DNA of 64,000 nucleotides from the human T2T-CHM13v2.0 reference genome, Homo sapiens. The notes beneath the pieces were generated by a model. That model ran no database searches and was not told the DNA's origin. It saw only the letters and a program-made list of their open reading frames with translations. Shown piece by piece: positions 28,056 through 42,350 of the stretch (position 1 is its first letter; each line of letters opens with the position of its first letter). The DNA is taken from the NCBI RefSeq assembly GCF_009914755.1, contig NC_060929.1; one strand, 5' to 3'. Made by a program: the position numbers and the translations under genes.

Positions 28056-29300
28056 TATTCAAGACATTTTTTATTACTCAGTTTTACTCTAAAATGTTTA
28101 GTATGTTTTCATTACTTAAGTGATTATAACATGGACCCTTGATATTCTTGTATTAGTACTTTACTTTTTTTAAGAAAACTTTGTTTTGTTTTGTTTTTAG
28201 AGACAGGGTCTTGCTCCGTTGCCCAGGCTGGAATGCAGTGGCACAATCATAACTCACTGCAGCCTCGAACTGCTGGGCTCAAGAAATCCTCCTGTCTCAG
28301 CCTCCTGAGTACCTCAGACTACAGGTGTATGCCACCATGTTCTGCTAATGTTTTTTAGTTCTACTTTTTTGTAGAGATGGGATCTTGCTATGTTGCCCAG
28401 GCTTATCTTGAACTCCTGGCCCCAAGCAGTCCTTCTATCTCAGCCTCCCAAAGGATTGGGATTACAGGCATGAGCCACGACGGCTGGCCCTTTACTTTTT
28501 CTAGTTAATGCCAGAACCTTGTAGTAATACGTTAATTCTGTGTAATCCCTCTTGTCTTTAATGCTATTGTTGTTGTGTGCTTTAATTTAATTTAATTAAT
28601 TTAATTCTGATACCCAGAATGAAAAACCTTAAAATGAGGCATTAAAATTTAATGTACGTTTACTATTTAAAAAAATATTTAAGAGACAAGGACTTGTTCT
28701 GTTGCTCAGGCTGGAGTGCAGTGGTGCAATCATAGCTCACTGCAGCCTTGACCTCTTGGGCTCATAGGATCCTTCTGCATTGGCCTCCCCAAAGTGCTGG
28801 TATTACAGGCCTGAGCCACTGTGCCTGGCCTTAATTTTAAAATTAACAACACATTCATACGTATGTATTCAACATGTATACAGTCTTATACAGTAGTGTT
28901 CTCCTTTCCTGTCCAGTAGCTTTCTATTTTCCTTTCTCATACGCAGTCAAAATTATTAGTATTGTGTTTATTCTTTTCGGAGATGTTTAAAATGAAAGAT
29001 TTAAGCTAGTTGATTTCTGATAAGTCACCCATCCCAGATATTCCCTGATTCTGAATCTCTTGCCCCATAGAATAATCTCACACAGATTTTATGAAAGAAG
29101 CCAATGGAGTGGCAATATTTACTTGTATAGATTTTTTTTTAGCTGTGTTTTTTTTTTTCGTAGGCAACTATTTTTACATCAATAAAAGTGAACATCAAAT
29201 ATATTAATTACCTGGATTTGTCTTATTTCCTCTTGCTTACTGTGTGGTGCTTCCCATTTATTCAATTGTGAAGGAATTTTATGCTTCCGACTTATCTGAT

Positions 29301-29495
29301 GTGCCAGTGTACAAGTAATAGAAATAATCTTATTCATTTACCAGAACCAATTAGGGACAGTTGTTTAGAAAACTTTTTATTGTTAAAGTTCACAGTAGTG
29401 CCAATATACAAGTAATGGAAATAATCCTTTTTATTTACAAAAACCAATCAGAGACACATGTTTGAAAGGCTTTTTATTAAAATTTACAGTAATGC
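29301..29495. repeat. Diverged tandem duplication, about 97 bp x 2
   Basis: gtgcca..tacaagtaat.gaaataatc..atttac..aaccaat..tttttatt..acagta occurs at 29301 and 29398. Confidence 0.88.
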
Positions 29496-29557
29496 TTACC
29501 TACATTTATTATTAGGTGGCATTCTTTTGCATAATCAATACTTTTTTTTTTTTACAG

Positions 29558-29630
29558 TGCTCTCTCAGAGGAGGAGAAAACTACTCTGCGTGCAGGGCTC
29601 ATCACCAACTTCAATGAACCAATAAACCAG
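29558..29630 (+). CDS. IPO11: Importin-11 exon 4 (73 nt)
   Basis: ttttacag|TGCTCTC...AACCAG|gttagt; (H)ALSEEEKTTLRAGLITNFNEPINQ. Confidence 0.96.
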
Positions 29631-29911
29631 GTTAGTGAGAAATGAATGCTAATTTTTCTTTTTATTTGTACTGCTTTTCCAAACTAATTTTATATTCTGG
29701 CATTAAAATGAAAAATAAAAATATCACTATTACACTATTTTCATTTGTGATGTTTTTATCTATTTTTAAATTTTGAGATCTATTTGTAGCGTTGAATAGT
29801 TTTGATTAGATTTGGTTATTATTTAAAGCCCAGAAGTCATTTTAAGGTATATTTGTATGCTTTTCAGCTTTCTCATTTTATGAGCCTGTATTTAAAGCAA
29901 ATCTCTCTATA

Positions 29912-30224
29912 TAGTCACGTGATGCCTAATGTTATTTTGGACAACAGTGGACTGCATGTATAATCGTGGTCCCATAGGGTTATAATGGAACTGAAAAGTT
30001 CTCACCCATTGACATCATAGCTGTCCTAATATTGTAGTGCAATGAATATATTACTCATTAGTTTGTGGTGATGTTGGTGTAAACAAACCTATTGCACTGC
30101 TGCTAGTCTCACAAAAGTATAGCATATACAACTATTACACATTCTGTGATATTCACACAACCACAGAATTGCCCAGTGACACATTTCTCAGAACATATCT
30201 CTGTTGTTAAGTGATACATGGTTA
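29912..30224 (-). mobile_element. Tigger3a-type MITE in intron 4
   Basis: agtcacgtgatgcctaat...gtggtcccatagggttataatgga...catttctcagaacatatctctgttgttaagtgatacatgg. Confidence 0.75.
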
Positions 30225-30802
30225 TATTTGTAGTCTTACTGCACAAGAATTAATTTTAATGATTATAATTTTTAGATTAACTTCCCCACCATTTAAAAAA
30301 AAAAAAAACAACTCAGAATGGCTTCAGGTTTTTTTCTATTGGTTGCATCCATCACATTTTCAATTCCTACTATTCTGTGGCAGCTAGATAGTAAATTATG
30401 TACAGCTTTATCTTTTTTTTTATATTGAGGTCTTCTAAGAATAAAATAAGTTTTACTTATAGGTACAATAATTCTTAAGTTTTTTCAAGATAATACTTGG
30501 TTATGCTTGATTTTTTAAATTGAGCTATTAAAGCACAATTTGGCAGTATTTCTAATACAATTTTATTTTGACCTGTTTAAATGATCTCTGTTCTTTGCTC
30601 TTTCTTGACAAAGGAGCTGAAGCATAATGGAGAAAAACGGAGTTACCTTTAATGGGGCAGGAGGTGATTAGGGAGGGGTTTGTGTTACTGAGCAGTGAAC
30701 AACTGCCTAATTGTTCTTTCAGCTAGCATTTGGGAAACACTGATATGTAGAAATATCATTATTTAAATGCCCAATATTTGGCGTTTCTTTCTACTTTTAG
30801 GT

Positions 30803-31233
30803 CAGGATTCCTAAACTTTGTGGTCACAGGATCTCGTTATACTGCTAAAATTGAAGACCTTAAAGAGTTATATCTGTTGATATTTACTGTATTATAAATT
30901 AAAACTGAGAAACTTAAAAATATTCGTGTAAAAAATAAAATACTCATCAACATAGCAGTTTTGGAAATGAGCAATAGTAGCTATTTCCAAAACAATAAAA
31001 ATTAGTGAGAAAGGTGGCATTGGCTTGCATTTTTAGGGTCTGGCTATTTAAGGGAAGACATCTAGGTTTTCATATCTGCTTCTTCATTTACTCTGTTGTG
31101 ATACATGGTGGACATTATATGAAGAAAACCTCGTTTCACACTGACAGATAATTGGGTAAAGGAGGACCTCATAGGTCCCAGAAAGGGTCCTAGCTCTACC
31201 AGGGGTCCATGGGCCACACTTTGAGAACCACTG
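30803..31233 (-). mobile_element. Charlie1-type (hAT) internal-deletion element
   Basis: Terminus ggggtccatgggccacactttgagaaccactg; internal catatctgcttc...attagtgagaaaggtggcatt. Confidence 0.72.
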
Positions 31234-31360
31234 TTTAAGCAGTCATTCAGTGAAATCGTATTCATTTTTGTCAAGTGTATAATTAACAAGGTGATTTGTC
31301 ACCGTGAATGCATTCCTTATCTATTGCCTTGATTCCATTTGTTTAATTTTTTCCTTTCAG

Positions 31361-31564
31361 ATTGCAACTCAGATTGCAGTGCTCATTGCAAAAGTTGCTA
31401 GATTGGATTGTCCCAGACAGTGGCCTGAACTAATTCCCACTCTTATAGAGTCTGTTAAAGTCCAGGATGATCTTCGACAGCACAGAGCATTACTTACCTT
31501 CTATCATGTTACCAAGACACTGGCATCTAAACGACTTGCTGCTGATAGAAAACTATTTTATGAT
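31361..31564 (+). CDS. IPO11: Importin-11 exon 5 (204 nt)
   Basis: cctttcag|ATTGCA...TATGAT|gtaagt; IATQIAVLIAKVARLDCPRQWPELIPTL...RKLFYD, including the importin D-x-P-x-x-W-P-x-L motif. Confidence 0.97.
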
Positions 31565-32352
31565 GTAAGTGATTTCACATAGTTAAATTTGATTATGAAA
31601 ATTGTGCGGCCGGGCGTGGTGGCTTATGCCTGTAATCTCAGCACTTTGGGAGGCCGAGGCGGGTGGATCACGAGGTCAGGCCTGGCCAATATGGTGAAAC
31701 CCCATCTCTACTAAAAACTACAAAAATTAGCCGGGCGTGGTGGCACACGCCTGTGGTTCCAGCTACTCAGGAGGCTGAAGCAGAACGATCACTTGAACCC
31801 AGGAGGTGGAGGTTGCAATGAGCCGTGATTGTGTCACTGCACTCCAGCCTGGGCGACAGGGCGAGACTCCGTCTCAAAAAAAATAAAATAAAATAAAAAA
31901 AGAAAATTGTGCTACTTGTAAAAAAAAATGACTATAGTTTTACTTCTGTTGATGTTTTTTGAAAGACTTAATTCTTTCTCATTTTAAGCTGGGCAGTGAT
32001 ATGAATAAAAAGATCACTTAGTTGCCAGTGAGGAGGATTGGTTGTTGGATACACTCTGAAGGCAAGGAGGTCAGTTTGAGGCAAAGGAAGTAGTTCGGAT
32101 GAGATGATAGGTCTCTTGAATGAAGCTGTAGTAAAGGGAACAATTAGGTGGGCATAGAGTTGACATTTAGGAGGAGAATTGATACGTCTGGGTAACTGAA
32201 GGATGTAGGGCAGATATAGGAAGGAGTTTGACGTAAGTAGGGAGTGACAGCCTTTTATCAGGTTTTTTGCACCTTTTTTTTGGTTTTGGGTTCGTGTGTG
32301 TGTGTGTGTGTGTGTGTATGTTTTGAGACAGGGTTTTGTTCTGTTTTTGGTG

Positions 32353-32392
<40 letters not shown>

Positions 32393-33600
32393 ACGCATTT
32401 TGAGACGGGGTTTTGTTCTGTCACCCAGGGTGTAGTACAGTGGCATGATCATAGCTCACTACAGCCTTGACCTCCTTGGCTCAAACCATCCTCCTACCTC
32501 AGCCTCACGAGTAGCTAGGACTACAGGTACATGCCACCATGCCCAGATGGTTTTTTAATTTTTTTTAGAGATGAAGTCTCACTATGTTACCCATGCTTTA
32601 AAGTGTTTTTAACAGTGTTCTTTGTTACCTTCTGTAATTGTAGAGAAATTAAAGGTATATAATTTTAAGTCTTATTATACGGTCACATGATAGGGCTCAA
32701 GAAACTATTTCAGGTCTGTTCTGAATCATGCTGCCCTCCAAAAAAGAAGAGGGTGACATGGTGTTTTGTAGTTTTGTAGAAAGATTTTTCTTCTTTCTTT
32801 TTCTTCTCTAAATGTACTTTAAATATTGCTCATGCCTTTCCCTAAATTAGCGGGCTTTTCCTTGGGAGCTTCCAGAGTTCCTTTTACTTTTGAACTTAGC
32901 ATGTGGTCTTAAGCAGCTTTTCCTAGACCTCCTTCTGACTTTTGCTCTGGTCTCTACTTCACCATCCATGATTAGAGATGCTTCATTCTTAAAGAAAGAG
33001 ATAGCCTAGTCCTATAATGTGGAAAGGAGTCAGTGAAGAATATGAAGCATGTGGAAGAGAAGGGATGTAATGGAAGGAGCCAAGTGAAGAGAGAGTTCTA
33101 GAAGAAAATACTTGTCCTAGTCTTTTTATGTTGCCTTTATTCTTTCACAAAGAATTGGCCAACTTTTTGTTCTGAGGACTCAATTTTGTCTTGGGCTCAC
33201 AGTGTAGAGCCTCTTGTTTGAGTATGGACTAGGGAAGGGGGTGGGAAAAGCAGTGTATAACCTTGAGCTGTCTTCCATGTCAAAAACATTCGTTTTCAAT
33301 CTGTTATACACAGACTGAGAGGTTTCTGAACCACACCTTTGGAATCCTCACTTTGAGGATTATGGCTTGGCAATTTGCATTTTTAACAAGCTCCCCATAG
33401 AATTTTTATATACACCAAAGTTTACGTCACACCACATTGTGTCCTTTTCATTTTTAACTCAATGGGTTTAAATAGCCAGTCTTGGCTGGGTGCGGTGGCT
33501 CATGCCTGTAATCCCAGCACTTTGGGAGGCTGAGGCGAGTGGATCATGAGGTCAGGAGATCGAGACCATCCTGGCTAATGGTGAAACCCTATCTCTACTA

Positions 33601-33845
<245 letters not shown>

Positions 33846-35482
33846 CTAAGGTTGTTTTTCAAATCCTTTTCACTTTTGCTTGATTTCTAGCGAGGACTAA
33901 GGAAATGGACCGTTCACTCACTCAAGTCTTTCTGTGAAATTGTCTTTCCTTTTCCTCTGTTTTGTCCTCACCTCAAACCCTTCACTTCTAGGACTTACTT
34001 TTTTGTTGGGGAGAGTCTCAAAATCAATTGTCTAGAAGATTCTTGGTTACAGTTAACTGTTATTAAAGGCTACCAGTCTATAGAAGTTTTAATTCCTATT
34101 TCAACTTTATCAAAGTTCACTCTCTAATATGTTGCCTTACAGGTATACTTTATATTTAGTCGAGGCAATCTCCACAGATTGTACAGATAATCAGGGCCTT
34201 AAGCTGGATAGCTTGTGTGAGTTAGCTTCTTGCTTGTTTTTTTTTGTAGTATGAGGCTAGTTCTTCTCCATATAGAAAGAAGTATATGCTTAATTAGCAT
34301 CTTGTAGTTACTTTCAGTGTAGTAGTTACCACATTGTGCTGACTTGTAATTGTCGACTTATTTTTCTCAGATTCACTACAGTGTAGCTTTTATTGCTGTC
34401 ATCCTACTGCATGGTCTGAAAGAGTACACATAATGATTGATGCTCAATAACTGTTAAGTGAATGAACAATAGAACAGGAGACTTATTCTTATTAGATGCC
34501 TGCTGGATTTCAGAGTGATATAGGGCAAAACTTCCAAAAGCAGGATTTTTGAGAGATTAGTCAGAGCTAGAGATACCTGGAAAAAATTCAGATTAGCACT
34601 TTTTATTTTGGAATGGAGCAGCTGAACCTGGAGATAGGGACTAAAGTAGGGACTAGGAAGGGTATCCTGTCTAATGCGGTTGAGGTACAAGATGTGTAGT
34701 TAATTGAAGGTAGCATTTGTGGGAAGACATCATTATAAAGAGCAATTTTGCTGGTTAATACAGCTGTGCCTATTATTTTGGTAATCTGAAGCATGGAAAA
34801 TCTTCCTTTTAATAATAAAGGAAGATGCAAAGATGGTCCTCAAGTACCAAATTAGTTTCCTACATAAAAAAATGTAAGGGCTGGGCTCACGCCTGTAGTC
34901 CCAGCACTGGGAGGCCGTGGTGGGCAGATCACCTGAGGTTGGGAGTTCGAGACCAGCCTGGGCAACATGGTGAAACCCTGTCTGTACTAAAAATACAAAA
35001 AAAATTAGCTGGGCATGGTGGCGCACGCCTGTAATCCCAGCTACTCAGGAGGCTGAGGCAGGAGAATCAGTTGAACCCAGGAGGCGGAGGCTGCAGTGAA
35101 CCGAGATTGCGCCACTATACTCCAGCCTAGACGACAGAGAGAGAGTGTCTCAAAAGAAGAAAAAAATATTAAGCTCATGGTTGAGCTGGTTGCTATAGCA
35201 AAGTGTAGTGCACAGGGTACACTTAAAATTGCTACCTGCGGCTCAGTGTGCCTCAACAATTGTTATAACCTTTCCTCCTCTGTGTTAAAATAAGTTCTTT
35301 TGAGGGGTGACAAATTACGAAATCAGCAGTTGAGAGCAAATTGTTTTGCAGTAACAAAATTGAGCTTGATTTGACACAAAAAGGAATTCTTTTTTTTTTT
35401 TGAGAGAGAGAGAGGTGCTGTCTTGGCTCACTACAACCTTTGCTTCCTAGCTTCAAGCAATTCTTGTTCCTTAGCCTCCTGA

Positions 35483-35737
<255 letters not shown>

Positions 35738-37560
35738 TAACCTCCACCTCCCAGGTTCAGCACCTCCTAGTAGCTGGGTTTACAGGTGCACGTCACCATG
35801 CCTGGCTAATTTTTGTGTTTTTGGTAGAGATGGGGTTTTGCCATGTTGGCCAGGCTGGTCTCCAACTCCTGACCTCAGGTGATCCACTCTCCCATAATGC
35901 TGGGATCACAGGCGTGAGCCACCATGCTCGGCCAGGAATTCATTTTCTGTAAAACAGTATGCCTTTACATATAAACCTAAATATAATAAAATGGACATTA
36001 ACCACTGTTAAAATCCAAAGTCACTAAAAATAAGGAAATTTAAGGTACAGGGAGCAATTGTAATGAAGTTGGAAGTATGTTAAAGTAAATAATGTCCCCA
36101 AATCACGATGTGTAACACACAAAAGTATATGCTGCATAGTGCAGTGGCACAAACATAGGTGTCTACAACCTTGACCTCCTAGGCTCAAGCAATCCTCTCA
36201 CCTCAGCCTCCCAAGTAGCTGGGACCACAGGCACGTACGACGATGCCCGGCCTGGATATTAGGGATTAATCTTAAATTTTTACTTCTGTCTTAACAGTCA
36301 CTCAACAGTTATTGAATGCTGACTGTGTACAAGAGATATGTACAATATTGTGGGAGACAGAAGACAGAATTAGTAGTCTCTTGACAGTTCATGTGGAAGA
36401 ACGCAACCCCCCTATTTAGTAAGCTATTAAAATCTGATGTGGGGCCGGGTGCGGTGGCTCACGCCTGTAATCCTGGCACTTTAGGAGGCTGAGGCGGGTG
36501 GATCATGAGGTCAGGAGTTCAAGACCAGCCTGGCCAACATGGTGAAACCCCGTCTGTACTAAAAATACAAAAATTAGCCGGGTGCCTGTAATCCCACCTA
36601 CTCGGGAGCCTGAGGCAGGACAATTGCTTCAACCTGGGAGGCGGAGGTTGCAGTGAGCCGAGATCACGCCACTGCACTGTAGCCTGGGCAACAGAGCAAG
36701 ACTCTGTCTCTGGGGTGGGGGGGAAAATATCTGCCATGGAAGAAAACAAAACTATATTGCATTGTTATTATGGTCATGGCTAAAACTTAGCTGAATTTTA
36801 AAAGCTGAAAGGTTTATGATGAATAATGTTCTCATTAGGCTGGGCATGGTGACTCATGCCTGTAATCCCAGCACTTTGGAAAGCTGAGGTGGGAGGATCC
36901 TTGGGGCCAGGAGTTTGAGACTAGTCTAGGCAACATAGTGAGATCCTACCTCTACAAAAAATAAAAAAATTAGGCATGGTGGTGTATGTATGTCATTCTG
37001 GTTACTTGGGAGGCTGAGGCGGCAGGATCACTTAAGCCTAGGAGTTTGAGGCTGTAGTGATATATGATTGTACTAGCCTTGAAGACTGAGTTAGACCATG
37101 TGTCTAAAACATAATAATAATAGTGTTTCTGCTAAACAACACATGAATTATTTGGATGGTAAGGGTAAAAGAATGCTGTGTGGCAAGGTGAAGTCAAGTT
37201 ACAATACTTCAGAAGGTCATCGTGATGAATTACTATATTTTCTACACAAAGGAGAACTGCATAGCTGCTTTGAGATGGGTTGGTTAGTGTAAGATAGATC
37301 ACTCACCCTCATAGCAGAGACTTGCAGACTTACTCCTTGTCAGCTTAAGACTTCATGATGTGGTCCTTAGGGGAAATTTCCAAATAATTGAAATTATGAA
37401 TGCTAAATTTGAGAATGCCAAGGCGCCACTTCCATGGTGTAGCTCCAGCCTGTAAGATATTTACAGTGCTGTAAAATTTATTTAAAAGATAAATGCCGGC
37501 CGGGCGCGGTGGCTCACGCCTGTAATCCCAGCCCTTTGGGAGGCCGAGGAGGGCGGATCA

Positions 37561-37831
<271 letters not shown>

Positions 37832-37923
37832 TTAATAGATCTTATTTTCACTTTTGTTTTGTTGATTTTAATTGTACATTAAATGCCATGTTGATTCTGT
37901 TTCTTATCTCTTGCTCTGTGTAA

Positions 37924-38055
<132 letters not shown>

Positions 38056-39163
38056 TGAGTAGCTGGGATTACAGGTGCATGCCGCTATGCCCGGCTAATT
38101 TTTGTACTTTTAGTAGGGACAGGGTTTTGCCACATTGGCCAGGCTGGTCTCAAACTTCTGACCTCAAATGATCTGCCCGCCTTGACCTCCCGAAGTGTTA
38201 GGATTACAGGCATGAGCCACTGCGCCCCGCCTATATTGGCTTTTTAAGTGCATTATTTAAAGAGTGACTCTCTTAAAGGGTCATTTGTGCTGTGAACCTG
38301 TGGGGATTTGAGCCTGTGCATGTGTGTGTCTAGGCTTATATTAGTATCAAGGTGAAAAAGAACTTTTTGGTGGGAAGTTACTTTAGTGGAGGAGACTCAA
38401 GGTGACAGACTTGGTTCAAAAGAAAAGAGCTGTGCGCTGAACAGAAGAGATTTTGAATATAGCATGGTGCGTACTCTTCCTGTATTGATTCATAAAGCCT
38501 CTTGTCTGAGTCCTAGTTAAGGGCCTGGAATAAGAATGAAAATTCCAAAACTATCCCCCAAGTATCTAAAAGTTGCTTTTGAAACAGTGCTGATTTATAC
38601 CTTACCCATCCATCTATTTATCTGACAAATATTTGGATTCTTACTCTATGCAATCACTTCACGGGATGCCTGAGATAGAGCTGTGGAAAGGTAAGGGCCC
38701 ACCCAGGGAGTAGAGTAGTTTTACTCTTTTTTTTTTGTTCCTCCTCCTTACTGAGTTGATATTTTGGATACATGAGAACAGTGTGTAGGCATTAAGTGGC
38801 TGAAGAGAGGCGTAAGGCTGTTGCTAGGATAAGAGACTTAGGGAACTGAAAGATGGGCCACAGTGTCCCTCCTGGGCCTGAGCTATATCACTGGCAGGTT
38901 TGAAAACAAAATGAAAATTAGATTTTACTTTAAAAAGCATGTAAGTAACAAATGCTATAGGTCTTTAGGAATGTCCTTCATTGACATTCCTTCATTGACA
39001 TTTTTGAGACTCTGTCTCAAAAATAAATAAATAAATAAATAAATATTAGTTGAGAGACATCAGCAGTTTGGCTGGAAATTGCTTTTGAGATAGATCTTGT
39101 ACCTACTAAAGCTTCTGGCTTGATACATTTTGGTAATTTAATATATATTTATGTCATAGGTAA

Positions 39164-39460
<297 letters not shown>

Positions 39461-40692
39461 TGAGCCACCTCACCTGGCCTACTTAAGCCTTATTAACAAA
39501 AAAACGGATTATTACTAAAATAACCTTTTTAGTTATTGTTAAGAATACAGGTGTTTTTAAAATTGAAAATACATTTTAAAAACATGGAAAAGTAAAGAAA
39601 AATATTAACTGCCATGTAACTATTACCTAGATCTAATAGTCAACATTTTGCTGTTTTTGCTTTCTGACTTTTTTTGAGCTATTTTAAAGGAATTTAAATA
39701 TTTTTTTAACTAAATTCTTCAACATTTATCTGTGAAAAGATAGATTTATTTTTTAAGTATTTAACTTTTATCATCCTGAAGAAGTAAAAAGTAATTTAAT
39801 ATCATTTAATACTTTTATCCAGTTTTCTAGATTGTTCTCAAACACATTTTTACAAGTGGCTTGAGCCAGAAAAATGAATAAGGTGCATTTGACATGTCTT
39901 ACAAATCTTTTAATTTTGAATAGTATTGACTTCCTCCCTCTCCCCCTTAAAAATGCCATTGACTTGTTAAAAAAAAACTAGATTAGTTGTCTTGTAGGAT
40001 GCTCTGCCTCCTACATTTGTTGATTAATATACCTTGCTGATTAGGTTCAGGCTAAGCAGATTTGGGCATCTATAGCGAATATTTTTTGTCTCAGTATTCG
40101 TGATGAATTATTTAATACATGAACTTTGATGTAAAACTTTTTTGGTGCTAATGTTTCTTAAGGGAAAATTATGAAGACAACAATTCTGAGGCTAAAAAAG
40201 TTTAAGAATATTTGAAATGCTAAAATACTTAGTGTGTAATGGTTAGCTTTTGATACTTTGGAGTCAAGGCTTTGGGCTTCTCAGTTACAGCCACTAAACA
40301 GTCAGTAGGTGGCACTGTTTCTTCTGGTTTAGAAATAGAAAATGTTAAGTATTTGGGGGTTTCATGAACTAGTACCTAACATGTTTCATTAAACAGTTTA
40401 TTTGCATATTGTCTCACTGAATATTCCTTCCCCCCTCCACATTTTTAGAATCACATGTAGAAAAAAATATTTTTATTTCTCCTACTTGGTTGCTTTATTA
40501 CTTACTCTTTTCCAGCTGAGCCTTCTGTAAGCATGTATCAGTTGGTGTTTTCTGGAGCAGATAGGAGGTATACAGGGCTTGTGAATATATTAGTTGGCAA
40601 TGGTTACTTCCTGTGGTTTCTTCTTTATTCCTGTTGTTTCTTCTTTCTTTATCTCTCTCCCTGCTTTTACTGAAAGGTAAAGGGCTGAAAGG

Positions 40693-41158
40693 TGTTAAAG
40701 AAAAACTTTTCAAACACTTGTAAAGGATGATAAGACAGACTTTATTCAGATGGGACTACTGCAGTGGGGTTTTGCAGTAGGGGAGAGAAATTGTGCTCAA
40801 CTCTGAATACAAGGAAAAGTGGGAATTTATTGCCAAGGAGCAGGGATGGAAAGGGTGGGAGGTTGGGGGGATGGGGGGTTGAGAGGATGGAAAATTACTA
40901 AAAAGAATCATCAGGGATGAGAGGGGGTTCCTGGCCAAACTGACCTAATAGGATTCTTGCCGAAAGCAACCTGATGAGATATTGATGATATCAATGTCAA
41001 GGATAGGGGATTCTGGCTAAACCAACATAGCAAGATTTCTTGCTAAAATTGGGTGACGCAAAGAACAGACATTTTGGAAGTCCAAAAGTAGAAGCCTAGT
41101 TAGGACAAAGATTCAGAAAAGCCTCACTAAAGTTTGGTTAAGGAGAGGCTGTTTGTCG
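40693..41158 (-). mobile_element. MER31-type ERV1 solo LTR
   Basis: tgttaaagaaaaa...ctaaagtttggttaaggagaggctgtttgtc is the reverse complement of the recalled MER31 start (TGACAAA..CTCCTT.ACCAAACTTTAG); flanks aaagg/aaaga. Confidence 0.8.
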
Positions 41159-41405
41159 AAAGATAGTGCCGTTGCTTCTTCATTCCAGCCATTTGTGTAG
41201 AGACCTTTCGTAGGCTAGCTAGAGAGTCTTGAATTAGAACTTTAAGAGATGCCTGATGTCCTTGACTATTAGGTTTTTGTTTTTAAATTTCCATACTATT
41301 GTTTCTTTTTAAATTTCTGTCTCAAATGCTATATGCCTTCATTTAGCAATACCTGCTGTGTGCCAGGCATCTTATGTGCTTTTCGTATCTGTAGTCCTTA
41401 AAGTA

Positions 41406-41629
41406 CAGGTTAAGTACTTCTTATCTGCAATGCTTGGGAACAGAAATGTTTCAGATTTTTTTCAGATTTTGTAATATTTACATTATACTTACGTTGAACA
41501 TCTCAAATGTGAAAATCTGAAAATTGAAACACTCTAGTGAGCATTTCCCTTGAGCATCGTGCTGGTACTCAAAGTTAAGGATTTTGAAGCAAATACTTCG
41601 GGTTTTCAGATTTGAGATATTTTAGCCTG
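41406..41629 (+). mobile_element. Tigger4a (Zombi/MER46) MITE
   Basis: ta|caggttaagta...ttttagcctg|ta TIRs with TA TSD; internal ttcagatttt repeats. Confidence 0.85.
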
Positions 41630-42101
41630 TAGTTCTCTCATATTAAGTATTACTTTCTAGGGACAGAAAGAGGGAAGAATTAATTAATAGATCGAGATCT
41701 AACTTTGCCATTAATATCTATAAATCTTACTTATTTTTGTGAGAAGTAGAGATGAAAATTTCAAAATTGAAAGTTGCTTAAGGTGAAATAGAGTGGAATT
41801 ACTGAATTACTGAACTTTCTAACACATTTTTAGAGTCAAATGATAAATAGAAAAGGAGATGATTTTATGGAACAGAATAGAATTTTTTTTTAATGACTTT
41901 GAGTCCACCATGTTTAAATGCTTCCTTTTATTCAGTCTTGTCACAGTAACAACCTTTGGTATAGTATTCAGAGATGTTCTTTGGTACTTTTTATTCTTTG
42001 TTTTGTAGGTGAGTGGGGAGGATTTTATGTTGAATATGTCTACTGTGATTTGCATTGTGTGTATGCAAGTGGTAGAATTCTGCAAAGAGATATTCTGGTA
42101 A

Positions 42102-42350
<249 letters not shown>

